Source of the DNA: Podarcis liolepis
Taxonomy: Eukaryota
Reading direction: 5' to 3' (one strand)
NCBI GenBank assembly: GCA_965112155.1
Contig: OZ218098.1
DNA length: 64,000 bases
Below are positions 48,806-61,724 of the stretch, piece after piece (position 1 is the stretch's first letter; each line of letters starts with the position of its first letter). The notes below the pieces were generated by a model that saw only the letters and a program-made list of their open reading frames with translations, made no database searches and was not told the DNA's origin. Position numbers and translations under genes: made by a program.

Positions 48806-50064
48806 GTGAGATTTCTCAGCTAGTCAGCAGCACAAATTTTATTGTGTTGAATGTTGTATTATTTGAAAGCATTGAGACTTGGTCCAGGAAGGCACAGGTG
48901 GTCTGTATAATGTACACACAGATGACTCCAGTCTAGCACCATGTGTGGTTTGTGGCTCATCCTAGAAGTTTAGAATTGTGTTGCAGATGTGATGGTGTCT
49001 ACTTGGCTTGCAATGTCTGTGTGATTGCTTTGTGTATTCTGTCCTGACCTTAAACATGTTCTTTGAGAAGCATCTCTTAAGTTTTGGAGGGAGTAAAACA
49101 GTGATTACAAACCAGCTTGGAAACTTATCTCAAGGCCATGCCGTCTGCAAATTCTTTCACTGAGCACACTATGGGAATGGTGCCCTTTTCATGTTACAAC
49201 AGCACCACAGAAGCTGCTTTTTCCATGGATTCATCAGATGGCACTGTTATGTGAGTGGTCTTGCCCATTACAAACAAATGGGCAGGACCAATCATGTGGG
49301 ACCCAAAATCTCTTATACTCTCAACTGGCTGCAAAAAAACACCACTTCAGCATCAATGACATTACATGTGACTTGCAAAAGGGACTTAGATGAGGGGTGG
49401 GGAGTCTAATCCCCTGAGACTGCATGCATCCCTAACTTGATGCAAGTCTGAGGAGCCAAGAGAGAGGAGATGAGCGGGGCAGGGGGACGGACCCAGGAGA
49501 ACATAAAAATAAACAAAGTGATGGAAGGAGGATGTTTGCAAGCAGTCAGTTCACACTTCCAGCAAGAGCAATCAAACCCTCCCCTGGCAGCCCACTGAGA
49601 AGGGAAAGGAAGGGGTGGACCCTTGACAAACACTGTTTTTCGCCCTGCCCAACATTGGCATGTGAGCCGCAACAGATCCAAGTGTTCCCTGACCCTGCAT
49701 TGCATGATGTGATGGAGATGGGTAACTTATAACCTTCAGAGAAAGGTTGAAATGTTTGGCATGATCTGCTACTAGGACAGAAGGGTTTTTCTAGCTTGTC
49801 CAGCAAGCTAGTTCCACTCCACCCAGCCTAACTCCAATTCTGTTTCCACCACATAGCTACTGCCAGTAGTCCATAAACACCAAGGAAGAATTGGTTGCCG
49901 GGTCTACCCTGCTTGTATAGGTGCTGGACTTCTTGTGGCATTGAATGCTAATTGTGGGTCTTATGCAGCAAGCAGAGCAAGTGCTTAAACAGGCCAATAA
50001 ATAAATGTGGAAATAGAGCCAACATTCAAGTAACACCGCTTGTCCTCTTGTGATATTTCCTCAG

Positions 50065-50190
50065 ATGAACATGCTGATGAGATTGCAGGAGGCAGCTAAC
50101 TATTCAAGCCCGCAGAGTTACGACAGTGACTCCAACAGCAATAGCCATCACGACGACATCCTCGATTCATCTCTGGAATCAACATTATGA
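50065..50190 (+). CDS. NAV2: NAV2 last coding exon (MNMLMRLQEAANYSSPQSYDSDS...DSSLESTL*)
   Basis: ttcctcag|ATG acceptor, TGA at 50188-50190; the C-terminus is characteristic of NAV2. Confidence 0.96.
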   Translation: MNMLMRLQEAANYSSPQSYDSDSNSNSHHDDILDSSLESTL

Positions 50191-50822
50191 TGCGACAATA
50201 GCAGAAGTGGGTTATTTCCCATAGTCCATCTCCTGCCTTGCTTAGAAGACATAATCACCAAACCATGAAGATCACTGGTCTTTAGTCCAGCTGGACATCT
50301 CAGTATTAGAGCTGCAAGAACAATAGAGACACTATTCCGCCCCTTCTGTTTCTCCCCCAACCACCCCCTTTTCAGTCTCAAATATGGGTGCAGGCAACCC
50401 AGTTGATGTTTTTGAATTGTGTTTTTATTTTCCTTGATAATTAGAACTGCACTACTATGTTTTTGTTCTTTTCGACATTGCTGTGAGCTCACATGCCTAA
50501 GACACTGAATACATATTTTTTTCCATACCAACAATTACATTAGTCATAGTAATTTGTGGTGGGCGTGGGGGAAGAAGGAACAAAAAATGCTCACCTACAA
50601 AGCTATGAAGCAAAAGAGCTTTGTGCCATGTACTGTCCAGAAAGGGAGAAAAGGGAGTGGATCTTGCCTATGCTGCTTCTGACCAAACTCATTCAGTATT
50701 CGCTGAACTTAAACATCATCTTTCAGTCTAACCTCATCTACAAATAGTTCTGGTGCTATAAAATATTTGCTTGCCTTGGTAATGTTCCACAAAAGGCAAA
50801 GAGCTGAGAAACAGGGAAAACA

Positions 50823-50825
<3 letters not shown>

Positions 50826-50869
<44 letters not shown>
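50826..50869. repeat. (AC)n microsatellite in the 3' UTR; a second imperfect tract at ~51855-51894
   Basis: Read directly. Confidence 0.95.
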
Positions 50870-50871
<2 letters not shown>

Positions 50872-52772
50872 ATGGGTGTTCTCTAGTTAGAGATCTGGCT
50901 TTTTATGTTTATGTATTTAGTTTTCTTTATATAGGTGCAAATGTGAGGCTTAATCCACCCCGAACACAGATGTTGCACATCATTTGCTACTTTTCAATGG
51001 AGCCATGAACCTTTGAGCCACAGCAGCATGTTGTGGACTATGACCATTTTGGCCAGGATTCAAAGTAATGCGTAGGAAAACAAACATACCCACAACCTGT
51101 GTTTTACTTCCACTTTTTGCTTCAGCAGTTGTCACCGCTGAAAAGGCAAGTGGCTTTTAAAACTAGATTGCAGCTTGTCTCTTCAGGAATAGGATCTGCA
51201 TCAGGGAAGACTGGAAGCAAAACTCCAGTGTGGATTTCATCACCCATGGATGCACATCCGTTCTTTGCATAGCTGCCCATACCTGAAGGGTGAAAACACC
51301 CTTAATGAACACTTCCGGTTTTAGTTACACTGTTACTTAACCCAAACATTTACCAAAAGTTTGAGGCAGCAATTGTGTGAGCCTTCACGCTGCCCAAGTA
51401 CAATTTTTTAACACTTCATCCTCATGCCTCAAAATAAACTATTTTTGAAACGCCCTCATTTTCAAAAGCCACTTGTCATGAGGAATGAGAATCCACTGTT
51501 TTTCAGTACAAAAACTCTAAAGCCTATTTGGACTCCTGGAACTTTTAAAATCATTTTTATTAAGCCAGGTCTTGCGTAAAGGAGAACTGTGTCTTTAAAT
51601 ATTTTGTTTGTTTCTTTGAAGGGTCGTGTTTTTGAACCTATCTGGTTCTCAGATTCTCCTTTTCCTCCTTGGCCAAACGCACAAAGTAAAGATTAGTGTT
51701 TTTTGAATTATTATTTTTTAAAAATCTTGGTGCTTCTGCTGGGGAACAAGAACGCCTCACAAAGAATTGCATTCTGGTTTGTGTTTTTCTGTTTGAAATA
51801 TACAACAACTAGTCAGCTGTCTCAGGCTGTACCACAGCTAGAGCCACAGTCAAAACACACACACACAGACACACACACACACACACACACACACGCCTTT
51901 TCAGCTATCTTTGGGTGCTGATTTTTTTTAAAGTGATGCCTTACCTACTTTCTACTAATTGTGTTTGAATTCCATTAGTGCTGCATATGATGGGGGTTTT
52001 TTATTTAAACAAAACAGGGCTATAGGAGTCATCTCTTGGAGTACAATTATGTGAGTTGCTGTGAATACTGTTTGTAATAAGATAATTGAGATTTCTTCTG
52101 TTGTTTTTTTAAAAAATGTGACAATAACTAAGAGAGTGAAAAAAATAAGAGAGGGAGAGGGCTTTTCAGAATGTCCATATCAACTTACAGCTAACAGTTC
52201 ATTGGACAGATGTTTATCTAATGGAGGCAAAAACAAATATTCTAGGATGCTGTGCAGCATCACTGCTAGAATCTTTTGTTTTGTTTTAGAACATGCAGGT
52301 TAGATGTTTGTCACCATTTTGAAAAGAAAGTGTTAAATCATTGTAGGGTTAATATGATGCAACAGACACAAGAGCCCTCTTCAGACATTATAAATGTCAA
52401 AGCGTATAAGACAGTCTTCAGCAACCTGGTGCCTTCCAGAAGTTTTAGAGGGCACCAGGCTGGCAAAGGGCAACGTAAGATCTCTTGCCCCACTTCCAAC
52501 CTTGAGCAGCAAGGTATATAGGGGGCTTGTAAATGGATACCCCTGGGCATATTTACTAGCCTCTCTGCAATCAGGAACCCCAGTTGTGCAGAGGTTTGTC
52601 AGCATGTCCAGGTGAGCAAACTTACAATCTCACTTCAATTCTTACCATTCAACACTGCAAAGTCGGGTGGAGGGGAGCAGGAACACTATACAGTGTTCCC
52701 TGCCTCCGAAACATCCAGAACCTGGTGGTGCAGCAATGAAACTGCTATGATTTCAAATTGAATGGGAGACCA

Positions 52773-52852
52773 TGTGTTGAGATTCCTGCAATGAAATGGG
52801 TCAGACTAGATGACATTCAGAGTCCCTTCCATCTCTACAATTCTATGTTTCT
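52773..52852 (+). mobile_element. CR1 3'-end fragment within the inferred NAV2 3' UTR
   Basis: gattcctgcaatg...gactagatgac...gtcccttccatctctacaattctatg. Confidence 0.7.
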
Positions 52853-55800
52853 AATTATCACCTGTGATTCTAACTTTGTAATGCCTGAAGAGGACTATGG
52901 TTATGCTACCATGTCTCATGAAAGAGTAAGGGTTTTTATTATACCTCATAACTTTCTGCTTTTGGTGAAGTGTGAATTTAATCTGTTGTGTTTTGGAGTT
53001 TTTTGTGAACTTGCTCCCATTATGTTTTTCTAGAACTAATGGCCTGTTGAACTGTTGAACCAGAATTGCTTGAGTGTTTCATCATAGCAAGATAGAAGGA
53101 GGGTACTTAGCTAACCTTCTTAATTCTCACCTGGTTGCTGATAATGGGCCACAGTGATCCACAGCCCTAAGCAGATCCGTCTAACATGCTGGAGAGAGCT
53201 AGTTTTTTAGCTCCCTGCTTCTTAGGACCTCTTGTGGGACAGATTTGAAAGGTTCTCCCAGGTCAAAAGTTCCCTTCATATGGAAATCATCATCCTAGAA
53301 AATGATTCTTTCTTTGCCTTCTCCCTGAAGTGCTATCTTTACACTTGCAGGTTTTTCTTTAAAAAAAACAAACAAACCAAGAACCAGCATTAAAATAGGA
53401 GATCCATGTACATTTTGAATGGTATAGTCCCAGGAAATTTGTACTGCATGCCTTTTATAAATGTTTGAATAGATTCATCATACCCAACATTGAACACAGT
53501 CTGGACTTCTTTCAGCATAGCACTTTCCTTCATAGGAATATGTGTTCTCCGTTGAAATAATTTTGAAGGAAAAAGAAGTTTAGAGGAAAACCACTTGCAT
53601 TGGGAAAGACCCATCTGTGTCCCATTGGAGATTGGTTTCTACATTGCATGTTTTTAAGCAGTTTCTGTTTCGCACCCCATGGATGTTGTAGTTGGCGACC
53701 CATACATCTGGAGTCTTGCAGAGTTCCTAAATTCATACCCTGACTTGCATAATTCACTAGCAACCACACACCCTACCTGGAACCCAGAGCTTGCCTAGAA
53801 GGAGGTGCACGTCTTATGGGCAATATATTTTGTTGTATATGTGAGGCTTTCCCCCAAGTCTGGGATTTACAAACTAGGGGAAGATTCACCTAAGTTGCTG
53901 TGTACAGTGAATGAGGTCTGCTCATGCAATGGGACCTCCCTCCCTCTGCATCCCATAAATCTGTTCTGGAGGGTTGAGGGAGACCATAGAACAGGTTTGG
54001 GGGGTACAGGGGAGAGAAGAAGAAAACTCATTGTGCAAGCAGACCTCGTTCCCTGTGTGTGTACCCCAGTTAGCACAGTGTTGAAGTCCACCCCAAGTGA
54101 TGATATAGTGCAGGTTGGAGTCAGGCATTGTACCTGTATGGCAAGATCTGCACGGAACTGTGTAGCATGAGTGATTCCCAGCTGCCATGTGTTTAGCATG
54201 CAGCATTTTAAAGTCTTGCTGAAAGCATCATTGCCACATAGTTAATAGTGCCAAGAAAAGTATGCCCAAGAAGGGTTCCCATCATCTCCTGCCTTTTCTC
54301 TGCTAAAAACAGAGGGATCCTGTTTAAAGTAAACCAACCAATGAGGGGGTTTTTCCCCAGCCAGTGGGGACTTTTTTCCTAAGGGAACTGTGGAATCGGG
54401 TTCTTGATGTGTGTATGCATAGGCTCATAAGAAACATTCAAGGATTCTGCTCACCTTACCCAATATGGAAACTGGCCTGAAGAATAAATGTATTGTGTAT
54501 AAATCTGGGTAAACAATGTTTATTACAGTTGTGCCCCAGTGGTTAAATTATACAATTTGATTCCCAACCACCACCCCTTGTATCTGTTTGGAATTGACAT
54601 TTAGAGTTTGCTATTTGTCATTTCCAGTCAAGTTGCCTCCTCTGCAAAGTGGTTTCTGTGAAGGTACATTAACAACTTTACCCTGTTGTGTAAATCCAGA
54701 AACTTTCTTATAAAAGTGCCACAAATTTATCCTGATGCAGTGATTCCATGCATGCTTCTGCTGTCTGGTCCATTTCAAAGGAAAGAGCAACTCTTCATAT
54801 GTAGAAAGCAAAAACCACGTATGGAGCTGATCTCTCCAGTGAAATGTGTGGAGAAATTTTATTTAGCTGAAGGCTTTGTTGTCCAGCCAGACTGAATTGG
54901 GAGCATTGAGATTTCACAAACATCAAGACACACAAGAATTATTTACAGGAATGATGTGGCTGGGGAAAGCAGTATGTGGGATCTCGACTGACATCAGATA
55001 TATAGCCTATTTGACTCCCTTTACAAAATCTCTTATGCTGGGTATTCAGGTTTTTTTCCCTCTCCTGCATATCCTGTTGCCATGAACAGGAAATGAATTC
55101 TATCTTTTTATTACCATAGTTTGTGTCACTGAAAAATAATTTACATTGAGCAACTTCATCCTTTTGGATGATCAGACAACTTCAGTATCCTTTCTGAAAC
55201 TTCGGGATTCAGGGTTACCTGTTGTGCACATTTCTTACCTAGCTCTTCTTTTCAACATCGATAAATAAAAATTCCTTCCCTTTTTAGAATGATAAAGTAA
55301 ATCATCTGAGTTGCTTCCAGTTTTGCCTTCCCTCAACCCGCCCCACAAATTGGAATTACTTCTTGGTTTTTAGTGCAAGACTCTATGCAACAGTCGTGTT
55401 TTGTTATAAATTGGAAGCATGCAAAATATTTCCTTCCTTCATAACTGTCAAGAATTGTACAAGTCATATATTGGATTACTTTTTTTTTTAGGGTGATGGT
55501 ACAGAAACAGGGAGGGGTTGGTTAGTTCCTCCTCCTTTTTGGTATATTTTGGAGAGACAAATAAACCCCTTACAATATTGCATTGGTGATGCTGACATTT
55601 TTGATATTCTGTGTCTTGAAACTTGTCTAAATGTGACAATTCCCTTTTAAGGAAAAGGAGAGAACGAGGGGGGGGGGAACACATGGAAAAAAATTGTGGA
55701 GATTAAATGGAAGGTTGCTGTTTTGATCTAGTTGTTTCCAGTGGAACCATTTATGAGAAAAGTTCTCTTTTAAGATGTACATTTTTTTTCATTGTAACAT

Positions 55801-56026
55801 AGAACTGTAAATATTTGATTACAAGTGCTGCATTTTGATGAATTTTTTCTAGCCATTTTTAAAGAGAAAAACTAGGAATTGAGTATTTTGTGTACAGTAT
55901 GATGTTTACCTCCGCCCTACCATCCCTATTTAATTTTCTGTTACCATTTAGGATTGGAATCTGCCGTTGGTCTGTTCTGGACCTCCCTCTGGCCTGCCCT
56001 TCTCACCCCTGTCCTGTGTCATGGAG

Positions 56027-56075
56027 AATAAAGCTAATGATTGTACCAGTCTTAAATTATTCATGATTCAATAAA
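56027..56075 (+). terminator. Tandem polyadenylation signals of NAV2
   Basis: Two AATAAA hexamers 43 nt apart, followed by T/GT-rich sequence (ttggttggtctt). Confidence 0.7.
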
Positions 56076-56544
56076 TTTGATGATTATTTATTCAGATTGG
56101 TTGGTCTTACTGCCGTTTTTACTGCTGTAAGGGTTGGAGCAAAATTCCCCATAGTTCATATGCCATATAAACTGTAATAGCAGCAGTAGTTAGGTGATGT
56201 GCCGCATTCACCAGTCCAATTATCTGTGTGTTTTGGATTCAGATCCTTTCATCTTCTTTATTATTAAAGCCATGTTGCCATACTCCCAGCAACAACAATC
56301 TGCTCATGCAGCCGAAGAGAATGTTCAAGGCTCATTTCAAGCCCACAGAACTTTAAGAACAGATACTTGATGATCAGAGTGTTTTAACTGTGCAGACAGT
56401 CACAAGCCAAGGGATGCACACCCTAAACAAGATTTGCAGTGTCCACTCAGGTGGACAATGCATGGGTCTCCCAGTTGCCCACATGGGATCTGCAAGTATA
56501 CAAACATTACTAGTGTTCCTGTAAAAAAATTTCAAAGTGCCAAG

Positions 56545-57350
56545 TGAAAAGGGGACATGTAGGAGTGTGTAAAGTTACGCATGGGATGAAGAAAGTGGGT
56601 CGTGAGAAGTGTTTCTCCCTCATAAGAACTAGAACCATTTGTAATCCAATAAAGCTGAATGGTTTTTTTAAAAAAAGAGGTTAAGGACTCCTGGAGGGTT
56701 AAGTCCAGTCAAAGGTGACTATGGGGTTGCGGCTCTCACCTTGCTTTCAGGTCAAGGTAGCTGGTGTTTGTCCACAGACAGCTTTCTGGGTCATGTGGCC
56801 AGCATGACTAAACCGCTACTGGCACAACGAAACACCGTGGAAGCCAGAGCAGATGGAAATGCCATTTACCTTCTCACTGCATTGGTACCTATTTATCTAC
56901 TTGCACTGGCGTGCTTTCGAACTGCTAGGTTGGCAGGAGCTGGGACAGAGCAACGGGAGCTCACCCCATCATGGGGATTCGAACTATTGACCTTCCGATC
57001 GTCAAGCCCAAGAGGCCCAGTGGTTTAGACCACAGCACCACCCTAGTTGAATGGTGGGAAACAGTGGATACAAAGTAAAAAGGAAGCACTGTGCTTCTTC
57101 ACATAGCACACACATAGAGCAAGTTACAAATTTGCTGCCAAAAGAGTAAATTCATGGAGAAACATGTCTACTAGTCATGGTGTCTACATTACCTCTAGTA
57201 TCAGGCAGTAGTACTGAGTACCAGTTACTGGAAAACACCGTTCTATTGCTGTCATGCTCTGCTTGTGGGCTTCCCATAGACATCTGGTTGACCACTCTGC
57301 AGATGCTGGACTAGATGAGTCTTATATCTGAACCAGCAAGGTTCTTATGT
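56545..57350 (+). mobile_element. Old CR1 3' fragment split by a Sauria SINE
   Basis: CR1-like sequence resumes after the SINE; ends ccagcaaggttcttatgtt. Confidence 0.65.
56675..57043 (-). mobile_element. Sauria SINE, older subfamily
   Basis: Aligns with the 14140-14520 copy; TSD AG(c/t)TGAATGGT at 56653-56663 and 57045-57055. Confidence 0.9.
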
Positions 57351-58230
57351 TGTTAAGGCAGCCTCTTTGAGTTCAATGGGACTTTTCTTCCTGGTAACTG
57401 GGTCCAAGATTGCACCCTAAATGATCAAACATGTTTTTCTGACATAACTGTCCTCGGGGAAACAACTAGTGGAGAAAGGTGAGGTAGAGGCGTTCAAATG
57501 TTTGTAGGCAGCATTTTATCAGCAAACCTAGAGATAGCATAGAATCCAGTCATTTACAATGTGAATGAGACGTGTGATCCAGAAAATAAGCTGCCTTAAA
57601 TCTCATTGGTGTAAGCTATAGTGATTTAAGCATTAATGAATAGGATTATAAAACTGCTTAGCCTTGTCTGGTTTGATCCCAAAATTATTTAGTATTGTTA
57701 TGTACACCGTCCCTGTCTCTGAGTGGTGAGAGAATCCAGGGGTTCCAGTGTTTGCCCAGGGTTTGGAGTCTTTGGAATGAAGGTTAGTAAGACTGGGATT
57801 TTTATGGGATATATGGTTTATTTACACATATATACAACCTGCACATATGATAGAGGGATTCACAGCATTAACATCCCCAATGATCTTGCTTCTTCATTAA
57901 TCACAGCTTTGGATCCAGCACAGAGCAAGCATGTCCCTGTGTCTCCAGCTTCCAGTCTGCTTCCAGCTCAACTCAGCCACTCTGACAGCTAGTTTGGGGT
58001 GGGGATAAAGCCTATCCATTTGTTCCATGGCACAGAGCAACATCTCCGGTTCTGCTTATTGTTGTGACTTTACTAGCTAGCCCAAATCATTACTTCAACA
58101 AAGGAACTGGTTTATTGCAGCCTTGCAATAGTTGAAATGGACTCAGGACAGCAGCCAGACTGACACCCTCCAAAACACACACATTAGGATATGAAGAGCT
58201 CTCAGGAAAGTTTTTGTAATTATCTCAACC

Positions 58231-58249
58231 TGACCACCAGATGGCAGCA
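58231..58249 (+). promoter_or_regulatory. Candidate CTCF binding site
   Basis: TGACCACCAGATGGCAGCA fits YGRCCASYAGRKGGCRSYR at every position. Confidence 0.65.
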
Positions 58250-58627
58250 AACTCAAGCTAACTGAAATTGGGCTTTGCTTGGTTGCTTAAGTGACCAAAT
58301 CTTCATATAAACTCAAGCTCGCTCTCGCTCGCTCCCTCCCTCCCTCATTTCTCCCAGTGCAGGTCCCAATGTGGCTCACAACAAGAATGGAAACAAATGC
58401 AACTAAAAATACACAAGCAGTGTAAAAGAAAAAAAAACCTCTATTAAAAACTGCATTGAAAACACTAAAGCATTTAGAAGTGCACAAAAAAAGTGTACAC
58501 TCCCAGCACTTGCATTTAAAAGTTTCAAAATAAGAGATTTGAGGGCGCATTTTGTATACCTTTAGAACAGGGGAAGATGCCTTACACAGGCTGACCATAA
58601 TTTATTTTTACATAGTAATATACTGCT

Positions 58628-59011
58628 CGCCGAAGAATTGATGCTTTTGAATTATGGTGCTGGAGGAGACTCTTGAGAGTCCCATGGACTGCAAGAAGAT
58701 CAAACCTATCCATTCTGAAGGAAATCAGCCCTGAGTGCTCACTGGAAGGACAGATCGTGAAGCTGAGGCTCCAACACTTTGGCCACATCATGAGAAGAGA
58801 AGACTCCCTGGAAAAGACCCTGATGTTGGGAAAGATTGAGGGCACAAGAAGAAGGGGACGACAGAGGACGAGATGGTTGGACAGTGTTCTCGCAGCTACA
58901 AACATGAGTCTGACCAAACTGCAGGAGGCAGTGGAAGACAGGAGTGCCTGGCGTGCTCTGGTCCATGGGGACACGAAGAGTCGGACACGACTAAATGACT
59001 AAACAACAACA
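58628..59011 (+). mobile_element. 5'-truncated BovB (RTE) LINE
   Basis: Encodes RRIDAFELWCWRRLLRVPWTARRSN...KIEGTRRRGRQRTRWLD; (CAA)n tail; perfect TSD AATATACTGCT (58617-58627, 59012-59022). Confidence 0.95.
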
Positions 59012-59854
59012 AATATACTGCTTAATACTTCAAGTCTCTCGAAGTAATTTACAAAATAACAAGTACATCATAACAATGAAACTGAGAAACTACAATAAAG
59101 CTACAGTATGGGCTCCTCTGAGATGAAGGGAAGGATAATAATAACAATAATAAATGCAATGCACTGCTAAAACGCTGCTCAAGATTGCTTTGGCTACACC
59201 TCTGTTGCATGGCTGGAATGAGTTCTAGAAATCACGGAGGCCCTGCCTGCACTACACATTGAAAGCAATATCGCAGCACTTTAAACAGCCATGGCTTCAC
59301 CCCCAAGATTATGGGAAGGTGTTGAGGGACCCCCACTCCCCATTCCCCTCACAGAGCTACAGCTCCCAGGGAATTTGGTAGCTGTATAAGGGGAATGGGG
59401 GGGGGTCGCATTGATCCATAATTAAACATATATAGGGTGAGATTTAACTAATGAGCCCCACCCAGCAGAAGCTTATGCAAGTCTTCTGCTAGCACAATGG
59501 GGCTTTCATCCCCTCTCCGCTAGCCCACTGCATGCCCCCCTCCCCAAATTGGCTCTGAGTTAGTGGGGGAAACCCCCAGAACAGCACACAAGCAGAAATG
59601 CTTGTGCTAGGAGAGAAATCTTAGTGCTTTGTTGAGTTTGTTGAACCTGCTAAAGTGCAATGTCTGATTTTTTCCCCTTGATGACACATCCTGTTTGATG
59701 GTTGTATGGAACATAGTGGCAGGAGTGAAGTAGATGGCATTTGCAACACTGTTACCACACTGCAAACAGCATAGTTTACCATCTCACTCCTTTAATATTT
59801 TTGTGGAGAAGCATTCATGCCATTTGGTGGTTGTTAGCTCCCCCACACAGTACA

Positions 59855-60078
59855 NNNNNNNNNNNNNNNNNNNNNNNNNNNNNNNNNNNNNNNNNNNNNN
59901 NNNNNNNNNNNNNNNNNNNNNNNNNNNNNNNNNNNNNNNNNNNNNNNNNNNNNNNNNNNNNNNNNNNNNNNNNNNNNNNNNNNNNNNNNNNNNNNNNNNN
60001 NNNNNNNNNNNNNNNNNNNNNNNNNNNNNNNNNNNNNNNNNNNNNNNNNNNNNNNNNNNNNNNNNNNNNNNNNNNNNN
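59855..60078. other. Assembly gap (N run)
   Basis: N bases. Confidence 1.
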
Positions 60079-61724
60079 CTCTGTTCCCACTTCTTACTAC
60101 CCTGCTTTTCATCAGTCACTTAGGTCATCAGCTTCTTGGCACTTTCTCACTCACAGGTTGAGTGACAGTAGCAATGAAGACTGAAATGTAGGACCTTATT
60201 TTTAGCTGCACGTAATTGTTCTCTCTGATTTATATGCATTATAAAATGAAAATTATTTATCTTTTTACAGATGAGAAGTGTGTGTTATGGCATAATTATA
60301 CATTTTTAATTGTGCTTATTTTATGTACTCTTTTCTGATTCATTCGCTTTTCAGACCAAATTCATAATTTATCCAGGGACCATTCCCCCCCACAGTGGTT
60401 GTTAATTCAGTATTACAACTTAGTTGGGTAGCAAGGGCTTGTCTGAAGATTTGTTTCTTGCATTGCTTTTTCCATCACAGGATGAATGATAACTAATGTG
60501 AGAATTGGTTATGAGTCACACCTGACATTTACTTGCACTTCTGCACACACACACGAAGTTTATACTAGTGCAAGGTATAATGAGACAAAGTGGCAGAGAG
60601 AAAAACCCTCCTGAATTTCGTTTTGTTTTTAATACACCTTGGAATTTTATGTTTTATATATGTCATGTGGGTATTTAATTACTTCCTTTGTTTGCAAGTA
60701 ATACTGTAGATTACTTTCCTCCTGAAGATACCTGAAGATTGCAGGCTGCAAGAGCAATATGCATCTGAATACGTAACCCTGCATGCAGGATCTGCATGCT
60801 TCCCTTTCAGACTGTGCAATTTTTAATTTTTTTATTTTTGTATGGAGCATCATCCCTGGTGGAAATAGAGGGCCGGGAGATTAGCAGGATCAATGCAGGT
60901 GAGGCATTTCAAACAAGGGATTGTTGTTAAAACTACAAACAACCTTTAAAGCGGATGCAGCTCCCAAGTCAGTGGGAAGCAGCTGTCAGCAAGCCCTGTT
61001 AACTTGTCACCCTTCCACTCCAAATTCTTCTTGCCTGCACAGACTCCCCCATAGGAAAGGAAGAACTGTTTTCAGTGGTGCTATCAGGACAAGACTTTGA
61101 AATAGACTCCCAGGGCCCCCAACGGAGTAAGGCTTGGAGGGGAGGGAGGGGTTTTTTTTGGGGGGGGGAAATCAAGTGATAAATAAATGTCCTGAACAAG
61201 TAAATGTTGAAGTAAGTGAAGTAATATACATGACCATCCAAAGCAAGGGGCGTGCCTTTCAAGACCATAAAGTCCAGAGTTTAAAATTCCCTACCAGCAC
61301 TGCTGATCATTTAACATCTTTATCTGTTGAAGGACATTTGTCCACGTGTGCAAAATGCAGCTGCATCCTAGGAATTGCTACAGCCAAGTGGAACATGCAG
61401 GTACACCCCTCTTCTTCTGGGACATTATAATTGCTCATCTTCATTTTTTGCTGCCTCCAAAGGGTCCATGTCCTATGATCCTGTGCTGTTTCCAGATGGC
61501 TTAGCACCACTAATCCAGCTATTTGCACATGCATAGGAAAGCCACTGGGGCAGTATCAACATGCAGGAGTTCCACCGACAGGAGGCTTTTAAGCACATCT
61601 GATATCAACAGAAGTTACTTCTACATAAAGTGTGTTCTGAATCACGACCCACTCTAGCCAGGCTATGGTTGCTAATGCATGACTAGGAATGCATGAAATG
61701 TAATCCCCAAGCTTCAGAAATGAT

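Larger units (their letters stand above)
50191..56095 (+). other. NAV2: Inferred NAV2 3' UTR (~5.9 kb; end approximate)
   Basis: Follows the stop codon; AU-rich terminal block with tandem AATAAA at 56027-56032 and 56070-56075 resembling the mammalian NAV2 mRNA end as I recall it. Confidence 0.65.

Noticed and set aside
50188-50200. Possible stop-codon readthrough of NAV2
   Set aside because: The context is TGA-TGC, not the TGA-CTAG readthrough motif, and an in-frame TAG follows four codons later.
58582-59002. 109-130 aa ORFs as a possible host gene
   Set aside because: They are the BovB ORF C-terminus and its antisense frames.
59734-60184. ORFs spanning N runs (also 25473-25773)
   Set aside because: Artefacts of assembly gaps.
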